A stretch of 64,000 bases of DNA, taken from positions 938,627 to 1,002,626 of the forward strand of contig CAJINV010000007.1 in NCBI GenBank assembly GCA_905178155.1, in the 5' to 3' direction. Position 1 is the stretch's first letter; each line of letters starts with the position of its first letter. The notes below the pieces were generated by a model that saw nothing but the letters and a program-made list of their open reading frames with translations, was not told the origin of the DNA and did no database searches. Of this stretch, positions 51,701-60,900 are shown piece by piece. Position numbers and translations under genes: made by a program. This DNA comes from Amoebophrya sp. A120. Taxonomy: Eukaryota; Protista; Dinoflagellata.

Positions 51701-53631
51701 AGTATTATCGTATTCGTATAAATGCATTACAAATTTCCTCAGCATGAGAAATGAAATTTGTAATGCGGATTTGCTTTCAGAAAAAAATTTGTAATGCATG
51801 ATCGCAATACGAGTACGATACTTTTGCACAGGATATGAATGCGATGAGTACGAAGAGTGGGACGAAAAGTGTTACGTCACAGGTGGTGAAAGCGAAAAGT
51901 ATGAAGATAAGCGAGGGAACTACAAAGATCTCCAAACGCGAGGACGGAGATTTATTTCCTCCTGAAGCAGGAAAAATATCAGCGCAGCCACGACTAGTAC
52001 CGGATGTCGATGCAGATGAAACTTGTGGAGCTGGTAGCGAGCAGAAGCAACTTATCAAATGCAAAAGTGTCTGGATCTGCGGGGGTGTAAACTTGTCATG
52101 CAGGTTTTCCATGACCTTTGAGGTCTGGAATGCGGGCCCTTGCATGACAGAGTCTGTGAGGTCTCTGTCATACCTACCCTGCATGAGAAACTCCTTTACA
52201 TTTTGGTCGAAAGTGGACAGCTTTTGGCACTCATGCAACACAGATTTTTGCATGATTCGGATTCAGCATGACAAGTTGCAATCTTCCAGACCCAGACACT
52301 TTTGCAATCCATACAACTGCTTCTCAAATACCAGCAGCAGAAAAATCCACTGCGGTATTTGACCAATGTATCGCAAGAAAAAACTGTTTCACTGTGAACC
52401 TGTGATGCAGAGAACGAAGCGCCAAAGTCTTTGTCTTGCTACACCTGCAACACAACGGATTTTTAGGCGTGTTTTCCCTTGGGAAACGCGCATGACAAAT
52501 TTTCTGTGTCATGTGTAGCAAACTTGTGATGCAGATCTTGCAAAACCATCACAGTGAAGCAGTTTTTTCGTGGGATACAATGCCAACTCCCTGTTCCACT
52601 TTGAGGGTCCGAGTCCGGAAACGAGTTACATGGTGCACACCAACCTTTTTCTCGACCAGCAATCGAAAAAACTCACGCTCGACACGGTTTCCGAGGCCAC
52701 CCCGCTTATCAACTGCAAAAATGTCCGGGTCTTGAAGATTGCCAGGCTTGTCATGCATATTTTGAATGATCCATGATGTCTGTGATGCATGCCCTAGCAT
52801 CACAGATCTTTAGGGGACTTTGCGATGCCTCTACCGCATGAGAAATGCCCTTTCCGTGTAGCACAAACTGGAGTCCTCTTGCTGGTCATGCAATGCGAAT
52901 TTTTTTAGAATCCAGAGACAGCATTACAAGTTTAGAACCTTCCAGACCCAGAATTTTTTGCAATCCACCCCGCTGGCGGTGCTGCTACTCGCGACGTTTT
53001 TTGAGATTGAGTGGAAACCCAACGGAATTATCAGCATCGACGATGGGAAGTTGATGTTTACCACCGTCGGGACCGCAAACGTCGCCCAGCAACTGCTTGG
53101 TGCAAACAACAGCTCGTCTTCATCCGGTGGTCTTCAAAGTGCTGCGAAAGGTGCCTCCTCCTCTTCTTCTTCTTACGCCGCGAAGGTAAATAACCGCATC
53201 TCATTTCTGATCAAACGGCTACGGTATGAGCTGCGAGAAAACGTGCTGAAGAAAAAAATCGCCGATCCCTTCGGCTTATCAAATGCAAATATGTCTGGGT
53301 CTGGAAACTTGTGATGCAAGTCCGTGAAGAACAATAAGTGCTCTGTAATGCGCCGCCAGGCATGACAAGTTTCTTCGTGCTTCTCTGCTGCGTATTTCGC
53401 ATGAGAAACTGCGCTTTGCATGACAGGCAAGAGAGCCTCTTGGTGGCCACGCAATACAGAGTGCATAGTCATGCGAGACTAGCATGACAATCTTTCAGAT
53501 CCAGACATATTTGCATTGGATATGGCTTTGATATCTACGCGGCAGACGATGGCAGTTCGTCAAGCGAAATCTTGCAAGTGGTGCGAAAAATCCTAGCCAC
53601 GGACGGGATGGGGGGAGCGACGACGTCGTAG
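27749..53631 (+). CDS. DEAH-box RNA helicase, DHX57/DHX29/YLR419W-like
   Basis: N-terminal WQKLPSDLLEEWCTKKKRPKP, then GQTGCGKSTQLPQ, CTQPRKLAAISLAQRVASE, DEAHER, MSATL, IFMPG, STNVCETSITIPDV, QRKGRAGRVQPG, HA2 VTPLGHLLVKLPMDARLGKLL, SDH. Needs removal of 24 TIR elements and one GT-AG intron. Confidence 0.9.
27956..29189. mobile_element. Non-autonomous TIR DNA transposon nested in introner
   Basis: TTAAC...GTTAA ends, ~80-bp imperfect TIR (ATTTGTGAAGAAAG / CTTTCTTCACAAAT), flanking duplication ctacggg (5-7 bp, boundary ambiguous). Confidence 0.7.
28398..28520. repeat. 21-bp tandem repeat x~6
   Basis: Unit TTTGACGGCAATCAARCAATT. Confidence 0.95.
29798..29909 (+). ncRNA. Intronic box C/D snoRNA, copy 1
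   Basis: Box C ATGATGT 29803, D' CGGA 29841, C' GTGACGA 29871, D CTGA 29902. Guides GCATAGTTCAC (antisense to LSU rRNA GUGAACUAUGC) and TCACTCTACCAAC (antisense to SSU GUUGGUGGAGUGA, one G-U). Confidence 0.75.
30006..30104 (+). ncRNA. Intronic box C/D snoRNA, copy 2
   Basis: C ATGATGC 30011, D' CGGA 30053, C' GTGACGA 30066, D CTGA 30098; same two guides. Confidence 0.75.
30194..30288 (+). ncRNA. Intronic box C/D snoRNA, copy 3
   Basis: C ATGATGC 30198, D' CGGA 30237, C' GTGACGA 30250, D CTGA 30282; same two guides. Confidence 0.75.
30788..31005. mobile_element. Introner family G
   Basis: TIR TATGAGAGTGCACAACT; DR ccggc/ccggg. Confidence 0.87.
31050..31201. mobile_element. Introner family A
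   Basis: TIR; DR ggccg/ggcgg. Confidence 0.85.
32106..32600. mobile_element. Introner family B carrying a ~240-bp insertion
   Basis: TIR; DR ttaga. Confidence 0.85.
32150..32390 (-). mobile_element. Short retro-like insertion with (CCAA)4 tail
   Basis: Splits host motif TGT|CATGC; (TTGG)4 at left end; internal repeat CAGGTCACAGTCATCCG x2. Confidence 0.45.
32644..34544. mobile_element. Introner family A carrying nested 1.74-kb element
   Basis: TIR; DR tcgga. Confidence 0.85.
32784..34524. mobile_element. Long TAT...ATA TIR element (family L), nested
   Basis: TIR TATCCCACCAAAAAAATCGATCATACTCATA / TATGAGTATGATCGATTTTTTTAGTGCGATA; DR caata; repeated AAAAATCGATCATA sites. Confidence 0.85.
35185..35487. 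mobile_element. Introner family G carrying 71-bp insertion
   Basis: TIR; DR ctacg. Confidence 0.87.
35376..35446. mobile_element. 71-bp insertion with 16-bp TSD
   Basis: TSD GCATGACAAATGAGGG at 35360-35375 and 35447-35462. Confidence 0.75.
35935..36196. mobile_element. Introner family I
   Basis: TIR TATRACCYGCTCA; DR ttggt. Confidence 0.87.
36561..36719. mobile_element. Introner family A immediately after DEAHER
   Basis: TIR; DR aaggc/aaggt. Confidence 0.87.
37827..39380 (+). pseudogene. Unknown ORF inside an insertion, split by one in-frame TAG (38364-38366)
   Basis: ORFs 37827-38366 and 38394-39380 are in the same frame and share an internal repeat (SIRQIEKDYFPRSG / SIFQIEKYESRYFPSAG). 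No recognised domain. Confidence 0.4.
37830..42282. mobile_element. 4.45-kb insertion with 17-bp TSD (retrotransposition-like)
   Basis: TSD TGTGATGCTGATTTGTG at 37813-37829 and 42283-42299. Confidence 0.75.
41081..42207. repeat. ~90-bp direct repeat pair (41081-41172 and 42115-42207)
   Basis: GCCTGCACGCACCA.CAGAAGTGCGACGAGGTGCCAATCGTGTT...GCGCGAGGGTCGTGAATG in both. Confidence 0.85.
42555..43733. mobile_element. Introner family E carrying 852-bp insertion
   Basis: TIR; DR gaaaa. Confidence 0.86.
42781..43632. mobile_element. 852-bp insertion with 16-bp TSD
   Basis: TSD TGTCATGCGCCGCTTG at 42765-42780 and 43633-43648. Confidence 0.78.
43981..45118. mobile_element. Introner family A carrying nested 967-bp element
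   Basis: TIR; DR cccca. Confidence 0.86.
44025..44991. mobile_element. TAC...GTA element with perfect 47-bp TIR (family M), nested
   Basis: TIR 44025-44071 / 44945-44991; DR ataaa; second perfect 30-bp IR 44295-44324 / 44705-44734. Confidence 0.88.
45740..46170. repeat. ~139-bp GC-rich tandem repeat x3
   Basis: GGCGAGCGGGCCGG at 45807, 45946, 46085. Confidence 0.85.
46788..48371 (+). CDS. PIF1-family SF1B DNA helicase of Helitron type, no HUH Rep domain visible
   Basis: LNEKQQQAYD, GRRGTGKT, APSGAAA, TIH, DEI, PFGG...GDRHQQLPV, QCPLRLAYCKTFHAVQG, FTHGAGYVVFGRV, terminal TNIVWPEFL. Intronless. Confidence 0.88.
   Translation: MLCGFVAFEIFPDKYFADISTTERHSFNALAAQRRLERRLKRKPLNEKQQQAYDRVSDMVGRLAAYKLQNSATHAANVEAAATSPPLIFPPQHIQGRRGTGKTHRGRCLRDMVTGAGLRGVCCAPSGAAARLYGLDAHTIHALINVAPSRTKLQPDGLAFEDIVTPTAENDACLRSLDFTLCDEIYSAQAAWIFELDAALRRARSNPAPFGGVIFVGIGDRHQQLPVLNTAGFYGSHLPVARADLLAHSVHAVSFLKKPVAELHQLDKLERKNANTEQSWADFVETLATESQDIDLHRFAHVNKITAAERVALSPRAQILAATHHQCRRWNKLVLETHRAFNPRAKAVTYRAEGRCEYAPCGSICETVPGDDCPPIDLELVEGSRVEFCRRYGSVVKHTKGVARYLGRDFVSLEVETEGEADTLDAEPYTSMLLVPRLPIRVVDAYGEERRHLQCPLRLAYCKTFHAVQGVTVSGELLLDSDVDAFTHGAGYVVFGRVEDESQITTVSLNDERPEKLTNIVWPEFLA
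48790..49040. repeat. ~81-bp tandem repeat x3
   Basis: ATTGAAYTAAGCCAAARCAGTGCC at 48796, 48877, 48959. Confidence 0.88.
49424..49559. mobile_element. Introner family A
   Basis: TIR; DR tcctg. Confidence 0.88.
49644..49943. mobile_element. Introner family C (3' ATA changed to ACG)
   Basis: TIR; DR gcaga/ccaga. Confidence 0.8.
50032..50345. mobile_element. Introner family F
   Basis: TIR; DR atcac/gccac. Confidence 0.82.
50471..50743. mobile_element. Introner family B
   Basis: TIR; DR aacag. Confidence 0.88.
50929..51192. mobile_element. Introner family I
   Basis: TIR; DR cagta. Confidence 0.85.
51271..51435. mobile_element. Introner family A
   Basis: TIR; DR ttcca. Confidence 0.85.
51465..51629. 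mobile_element. Introner family H
   Basis: TIR; DR cccaa. Confidence 0.87.
51688..51835. mobile_element. Introner family A
   Basis: TIR; DR tgaat. Confidence 0.88.
52053..52313. mobile_element. Introner family B
   Basis: TIR; DR caact. Confidence 0.88.
52369..52577. mobile_element. Introner family H2
   Basis: Ends TATCGCAAGAAAAAA / TTTTTTCGTGGGATA; DR caatg. Confidence 0.87.
52707..52969. mobile_element. Introner family B (3' ATA changed to ACC)
   Basis: TIR; DR ccgct. Confidence 0.82.
53277..53522. mobile_element. Introner family B
   Basis: TIR; DR cggct/tggct. Confidence 0.85.
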
Positions 53632-54943
53632 AAAAATCGAGGCACAGTAGGATGATGTTTAACAGCGGCCAGCGTTCTCACAACACTTCTAGTAGACACT
53701 AGCACAACTATATTTTTGTTAGTGTTGAACAACAAACAACCGGAAAAAAAATGTTCTAAACGTGGCATCTCCCTGGGAAAAGTAAAACGAAAAGATGTTC
53801 TTCAAGGGGATGAAGATCGTGACTTTGTGACTACCTAGTTGTAGTACTCACTAGGTCGTGGTCCTGTTGTGCGCCATCTGATTACAACGGTTTTCCTAGT
53901 ATTTCCACCTCGGCGAGGATGATTGATGATTGACGAAGTAAAAGTTAGGCCTTGAACGACCTTTGATGTCGTGCCCGGGCACGGAAAGAAAGAAAGAAAG
54001 AAAACGGCTACAACTTAGGCGATTGATATTTTTGCCGTTGATCAATCCATCTACAGCGTCCTTGTCGGTGAGTAATAAAATGATCAATGACATCAACTGT
54101 TGAGAATTTTTGAGCTCCACGCGGGGGCCACACGACATGGTGTCCTCACATTGAGCTTGAAGATATGATTTTTTCATTTTTTTCTGTCTACATCTAAGTA
54201 TTTCATCCCGCCTCGGTACTACTTGATATGGTGAAGACCAAGTAGGAGAGGCATATACAATTTCATCTGTTTCTGTCGCAATTGCATATGCCAACATAGC
54301 CATCGGTGAAATGAAAAAAAGGAAGACTTTATTTGTGAAGCCATTCAGATTCATCAAGTGTAGGTCGGTAAATTATTGTTTGGTGGTTTCGAGTCGGTGT
54401 TTGGTGTTGTTTGATTGTGACCCTCGGCCGCTTTTTGGGTGGACTTTGTCAAGATGTTTTTGACAACTCATCGGTACTAGATCTGTTCCACTGATGAATG
54501 TAACAAGTACTATTGATATTCTATCTAGATTTTTCAAATTTACCGGAACTATAGAAGAGGAAGAGCAGGACCAGGAGCGTCCATACGCACTCAACATACT
54601 CTACTCTCTTTCTCTCTCACAAATTTTCCAGGCTGCTTCTGTGCCGCCTCCACAAGCATCTTTTATACTCATACGATACCACCTAAAATAAAGCTCAAAA
54701 ATGTAGTTCGTATGTTGTTTGCCATATGTATCATAATTCCTTTCAATTTTATGTTTTTTTTTGTTTTTACCTTTTTCGATCGAAGAGTTGAAAGATATCT
54801 CGAACTGATGCCGACGTAGCCGCCAGGCGGTTCTCCTCGCCGGATCGACGTAGCCGCCAGGAGGGCCGCCCCCGTCCTCGGCTCTGCATAGAAGAAGCAA
54901 CAGGCACGGGAAACAAGAACATAGCTTGCGAATACGCGAATAG

Positions 54944-57900
54944 ATGGGACGCGGTGAAGGATCGATCTGCTTACGTTTCTTCACTATCAAACGCAAAACG
55001 CATCGCACTAGTATAAATCGCATGACAAATTCTGTCAGCATGAAAAATGGAATTTGTAATGCGGATTTGGGTTAGGAGGGAGATTTGTAATGCACGATTG
55101 CGATTAGGATTGCTACGAGTACGATACTTTTGCAGTGCATAAGCATATCCACCTCCTCCCACCTACAACCTCGAGGACAGCCTCCGGGTCTTCATTTACG
55201 GACGTGTCAGAATCGAAATCGTCAAAGTTGAAATAACTTATAATGCATAAAATCGATACCAGTTGGAAGCCCAATCTCCAAGCGGCGCATGACAAATCTC
55301 GGCGCCGTCTAAATCCAGTCTGTCATGCTGTTTAGGGACAGAAGGCGTCTTTTGTCATGCTACCGTAGCAGCTCTATCTCAGATCCCAAACAGGCTGACA
55401 GTCGGCCTCACTTTCCATCCCTGCAAGAGAGGCACCTCATGCCTTACAATTTATGCATGAGAAATTATGTCAACTTTGACGATTTCGATCCTGACACATC
55501 CATATCATGCACCTGGGGCTTGGTTTGGACGAGCACGACCGAGGGCCACGACGAGAATGTGCTGTTCAGTACCGCGCCGGGGCAGTTTCGACGTGGTTCT
55601 TGGGCAGCTTGCGCTAGTTTTGCTGCTTCCGTGTTTATCTTGAGCAAAAATGTCTTCACGTTCGCCCCATAGTTGCCATATTGCAGATCATTTGCATACA
55701 GTACAGGAGGAACGCCAACAACAACGTACTTAGTTTGTAATGCGCATAAAAACTTCTATGAGAGGAACTTCAATTTCTAGTCGTCGTGTAGTTTTGGCAT
55801 AAATTTTTGTATATGCTGTAAACAGGATTTGTTGAGCTGATAAAAAATTTGTGATGATGCGGCTGATGCCCTCACCAAGAAACTGCACTAGTACACTACG
55901 GACTGCAAGAACAAACAAGTAGTTGTCATGCGTCGTGATGGCCACAAAATTAAAATCATCTAGGTTGAATTATATTGTGCTGCAAAATTAATTCTCTCTA
56001 TCCCTGGGGACGTCGTTTTTACTCAGGATAACCGTTCTTCTTTTTTCTGACCGAGGCCGTGGTTCTGATGACCCGAACCATATTGAAAGGAAAAACTCCC
56101 CCTCTCCATATTGAAAAGGTATGTTTCCGAAAATTTGCGTTGCTGATTTGAGGCCACAAGTCTTCACATTTGTCTTGCAAGAAGACAAGGGCAGGAGAGG
56201 CCTCCGCCACATTATGGAGGCGATTTGTCATGCTGTTGGGCCTAAAGGGGAGCCGTTTGCCATGCTAAAGGAGACCCATGCGCCCCTATCCAGCCTGGGG
56301 ATCTGGCCGCAATGCCTCCCTGCAATACAAAGCTGATTGGTGTGCGCAAATCTATCCAGCATCAGAAATTCCCTTTTGATATGGGGAGGGGGGATTTTTC
56401 CTTTCGATAAACCAACGGAACTACGGAGGCGACGGAAGATGTTCCTGCAAGAAGAGATGTCGAAAAAGTTACGACTACAACGTCAACGGCCACGACGGGC
56501 GTATGGAAGCGTCAGGATGATCGAAATCGACAAAGTTGGTATAGTTTGTCATGCAGAAAACGCAACGCAAAAACTAAAACTGCCCCTATTGCAGAGGACG
56601 CAAGATAGGAGGCGGATTGTAGTGCTGGCAGGGTCGCCAATTGATGGGCTGCTGGTGCTGCCTACCTCCATGACAAAGGGGAGCCCTTATTTTGTCCCAA
56701 ACAGCATCACAGACGTGCTTCAGAGGAAAACAAAACTTGTCATGCGCCGACTATATACTCTGAGCCCAACTGGTATCGATTTTATTATGCGTCACAAACT
56801 AAAACTATCTCAACTTTGACGATTTCGATCCTGACACTCGCATAGGACGGAGGCGGAAATTATAAAGGTGGCCCAACCTCAACTCCAAGAACTCCGGCGA
56901 CAACTACTACCGATGTTGGAACCACTTTTACAGGAATATTGGACCACCAAGTACTACCGAAGTGGAAGTTGGGACCAGTATCCTGTGTAAAAACGTCCCC
57001 ACCCGAAGTTTCTGTGTGCTTTATTTTGGCCTTTTTCCAGTAGATAAACACCCCACAGTCAAGTTGGGGAATCTGGCAGACCAATCAACAAGCTTGTTTG
57101 GCCGTTGCGCATGACAAGTCTGGCCTCGTAGTCGTGTCGTGATCCTGTTGATTAGCTAGATCAGCAGCGTCACAGATCTAGCGCATCGCGCTGGTTGGAG
57201 TGTGACAAATTCCGAAAAACGACTAGAGATTACGTCTCATGGCGCCCCGCATGAGAAATATCTTCAGCATGCCGATTTGCATTGCAGCTGTGGGGTGAGG
57301 CCGTTTTTCCATAGGAGAGCCGGCTCCTCCTGCGCTTCCCAGAAGCCTCACGCCTCCCGGGCGGTTTGTTCCAACAAGCGTAAAAAAGAAGAGGGACGAA
57401 GAAAGAAAAAAAGTAATAGAACGCTTACCGCGAAGTCAATCCGTCGATTATGGTATCCCCGCTACAAGGTATGACGCAGTGTTTGTGTCGCCGGCTTTTA
57501 TGAAGAAGAGGATGGAAGTGCTGGAAAAGCTGGTGGTCAAGGCGTACTACGCATTGCAAAAGTAATATCGTAGTAGTTAGAATAAAGAACAGCAGCACAT
57601 CAAATATAAATTCGGATTCGGCAGGAACAAGAAAAGTGGAACTTGTAAAAGTCATGCTGTTTCAGGTTATAATTTGGAAAGAGATTTCAGATTTGTCATG
57701 CATGATGTTGACGGCAATTATTTATACGAGTGCGTTGCTTTTGCAATGCATACTTACACCTGGGATCCAGTCGTGCTGTCCTCGTCGACCGGAAGCGAGG
57801 GGTCAACAGAAGCCGAGCTATCATAAGGGAAAACGCCCCCTCCCCATATCGAAAATGCGCGCCTCAGAAAATTTGTAATGCTGCTCTGTGACGACCACAA

Positions 57901-60900
57901 GTCGCGTCTGTCTTGCAAGAAAGCAACGCCACAGGCTTCGCCCCATTTATTACGCAGGCGGTTTGTAATCATGCTGCTGGGCCTCCAGCGTAGGCGTTCC
58001 GCGTGCTAAGTGGCGAGGCCGAAGCCCCTCACAGACGCTCTACTCTACTGGTCGATGATATGGGCCCGGCGCAGTCCTCTCCTGCAAGACAAAACTGATT
58101 TGATTGCGCGCGCAAATTTAGCATCGGAAGTTTTGGCTTGTTCTGGGGAGGGGGGATCATTTATTTTCCTTCTGATACGAGCCGAAGGTGGAAGATGTCA
58201 GAGCGGTCATTAGGCAATATCTTCGTACTATGGAAGCGTCCGGAGTATCGAAATCGACAAAGTTTTTCGAAAACTTTGCGATTCACAAAATGGGCCGCGG
58301 CCGTGCCGGTCAGATTGGTTGAACAAACCCAATTTGTGCCAAGCGACGCGTGACAAATTTTCCGTTGACCGCCGGAACTACTTCGTCATGCTGTGTGGGC
58401 AAAAATAAAGACCTCGTCTGTCGTCGTCGGGCTAGATAGTAGTACTTTAGCAGGAGCCCTAATATCTCCAACCTCAACCGGGCCACCACTCGTTGCCGCG
58501 TGGTGCCTTCCAATATAAGTATAGGATACTTGTTTATTCTTGGGCTGTACTATTGCATTTCATGCATCACAAAATTTTTATTTTTCAGCTTTGGCGATTT
58601 CGATTCTTTCTGACGCTTCCATACGTGCGCAGCTTATCCTGAGTAAAAACGTACCCACACCAGAGTCAGGATGGGGATTTTGCAACACAAACCTAGGAGC
58701 TTTAGGAGTCACGCATGACAAGTTTCAGTCCATAAGGTAGTGCAAGTTAGCAAGGAAAGCCGCATCACAAATCGACGCTCTGATCCTGTTTACAGCATTA
58801 CAAGTTCCCAAACACGATTGAAAATGCCTGTCATGAGGTTGCGCATCACAAATGTTCCTGTCGTGGCAAATCTGCATGACAACTCTGGGGTGGGGATGTC
58901 TTTGCACAGGATACAGCTCGCGGAATTGGTAACGGGATCAGATAAAGGAGCGGATTACTCGGATTACGCGTTCTGGCACGAAATGCAAATTCAAAATGAA
59001 AATCCCGATCCTCGCGGCCGCAAGAGCGAGTTGCGCATGGAAATAGAAATAGTACGGGATCTATGCATTGCAAATATGCAGCCTGGGTCTGGAGAGTTGG
59101 AATTTGATCCGGTTGTAACTTTGGATTGTAAAAAAATCCGTATTGCATGACCAGCAAGAGGAGTCGAATTTGTGCCAAGCGGACGAGAGGGTATTTGTCA
59201 TGCGGAATAGGCATCGGGAGGCCTTCTAAAAGTCTGTGATGCTAGGTCATGCGCTACAGGCATCATGTGTCAGGCAAAAGATGCATGACAAACCTTGCAT
59301 TTTTCTTCCAGACCCAGAGATATTTTGCATTTGATAGGATCTGTGGGTCGACAGTAAGCAGTTGCCCCGGGTCGACCCCGACTCCCTACTACATGATCAC
59401 CTGGTATGGAACTGTCAGGATCGAAATTGACAAAATCGAAAAATTTGTGATGCATAAAATGCATGACGCGAAATACGTGTGTTGCAGAGCAGGCAAGTGA
59501 GGCCGATTGTAAGCCTGTTTGGGGTTACTGCTCGAGCTGCTAAAGCACCATGAGAGAGTCAGTCTTCCTTGCCTAAACAGCATTACAAACTGGATTTAGG
59601 GACCGCCGACATTTGTCATGTGCCACTTGGAAACTGGGTTCCAACTAGCATCCATTTTATGCATGACAAATTATTTCAACTTTGACGATTTCGATCCTGA
59701 CACGCCCATACCTGGCTCGCCCACGGCTGGTAGGGAAAAACGGACTACTTGCAAACTTTAAGTTACCATTGAGAAACTACATTACGGAGTTCCTGAAGGA
59801 GCAGCTCGATGAGCTAGAGACGGAGTTCGTGAAGAGGATGAACACAGAAGTCGAAATAATGAATCAGCACACGAGGATGAAACAGAAACACCACCTCTTC
59901 AAGGCGGCATTGGAAACGAACAGCACTGTTATGACCTGCTCAAAGGTTACAATCTCAAATGTTACAATAGAATCTGGATTTTGTATTGCATGAAGAGCAT
60001 CAGGAACGTATAGAGAACTGAGCTTTTCGCAATAAAAATTGAGCCGAATGCTCAATGCAGTTTGGAGCCCCCGAAATACTTGTCATGCGCAATCCTATGG
60101 GAGTAGGCTAGATCATGCAGCTCTTGCATCACAGATTTCCAGATTCTATTGTAAATTTGTAGATCTCGAGCTATCAAATGCAAATGTGTCTGGGTCCGGA
60201 AGAGAGCAAGTTTGTCAACATGCTTGTCTGGCATGACTCTACTTAAATTTGTGATGCGTGAGCAGGAAAAGGGCCTCTTGCCCGTCATGCAAAAACGCAG
60301 TTGGTCATGACATGCGAAAAACGAAACACGCAGCAGCGCAAAAATTAGTCATGCTGGGCTGCATATAATTGCAGTGCGCCCACCATTCGTAGATTTGCAT
60401 CACAAGTTTGAAGTTTCCAGACCCAGACATATTTGCAATGCATGCGAGCGTGACAGATCCATATCTACTTCCGACCTCCTCGTCAAGCAGCAGGAAGCTC
60501 TTGCTCCTGTATTGTGAGGAAAAATTCCCCCTCCCAATATCAAATGGAGATTTCTGATGCGCGATTTGTGTTGTACACAAATCAACCTGTATTGCTGGAA
60601 GGTAAAGGGACAGAAATCCATCTGCTCATCCTGTTTGCAGCATTACAAATTCCACAACACGACTAAAACTGCCTCTCCTGGCAATGCGCATTGCAAATGT
60701 TCCTGTCATTGCAAATCTGCATGACAACTCTGGTGTGGGGACGTTTTTACTCAGGATAACTGCGTGCTGCAGAGCTAGAAGTCCCAGACGGGTTTTATGG
60801 CGTTCTCAACTGTTACATTCTCAACTGTTACATGAATTCGTGATGCAAGAATGGCAAAAGTCAGAGGGGTGACCTTGCGCGTCTAGCATGACAGATTTGG

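Noticed and set aside
54601-56500. Minus-strand gene suggested by ORF track
   Set aside because: The minus frame hits stops across element junctions, whereas one plus frame stays open through all of them.
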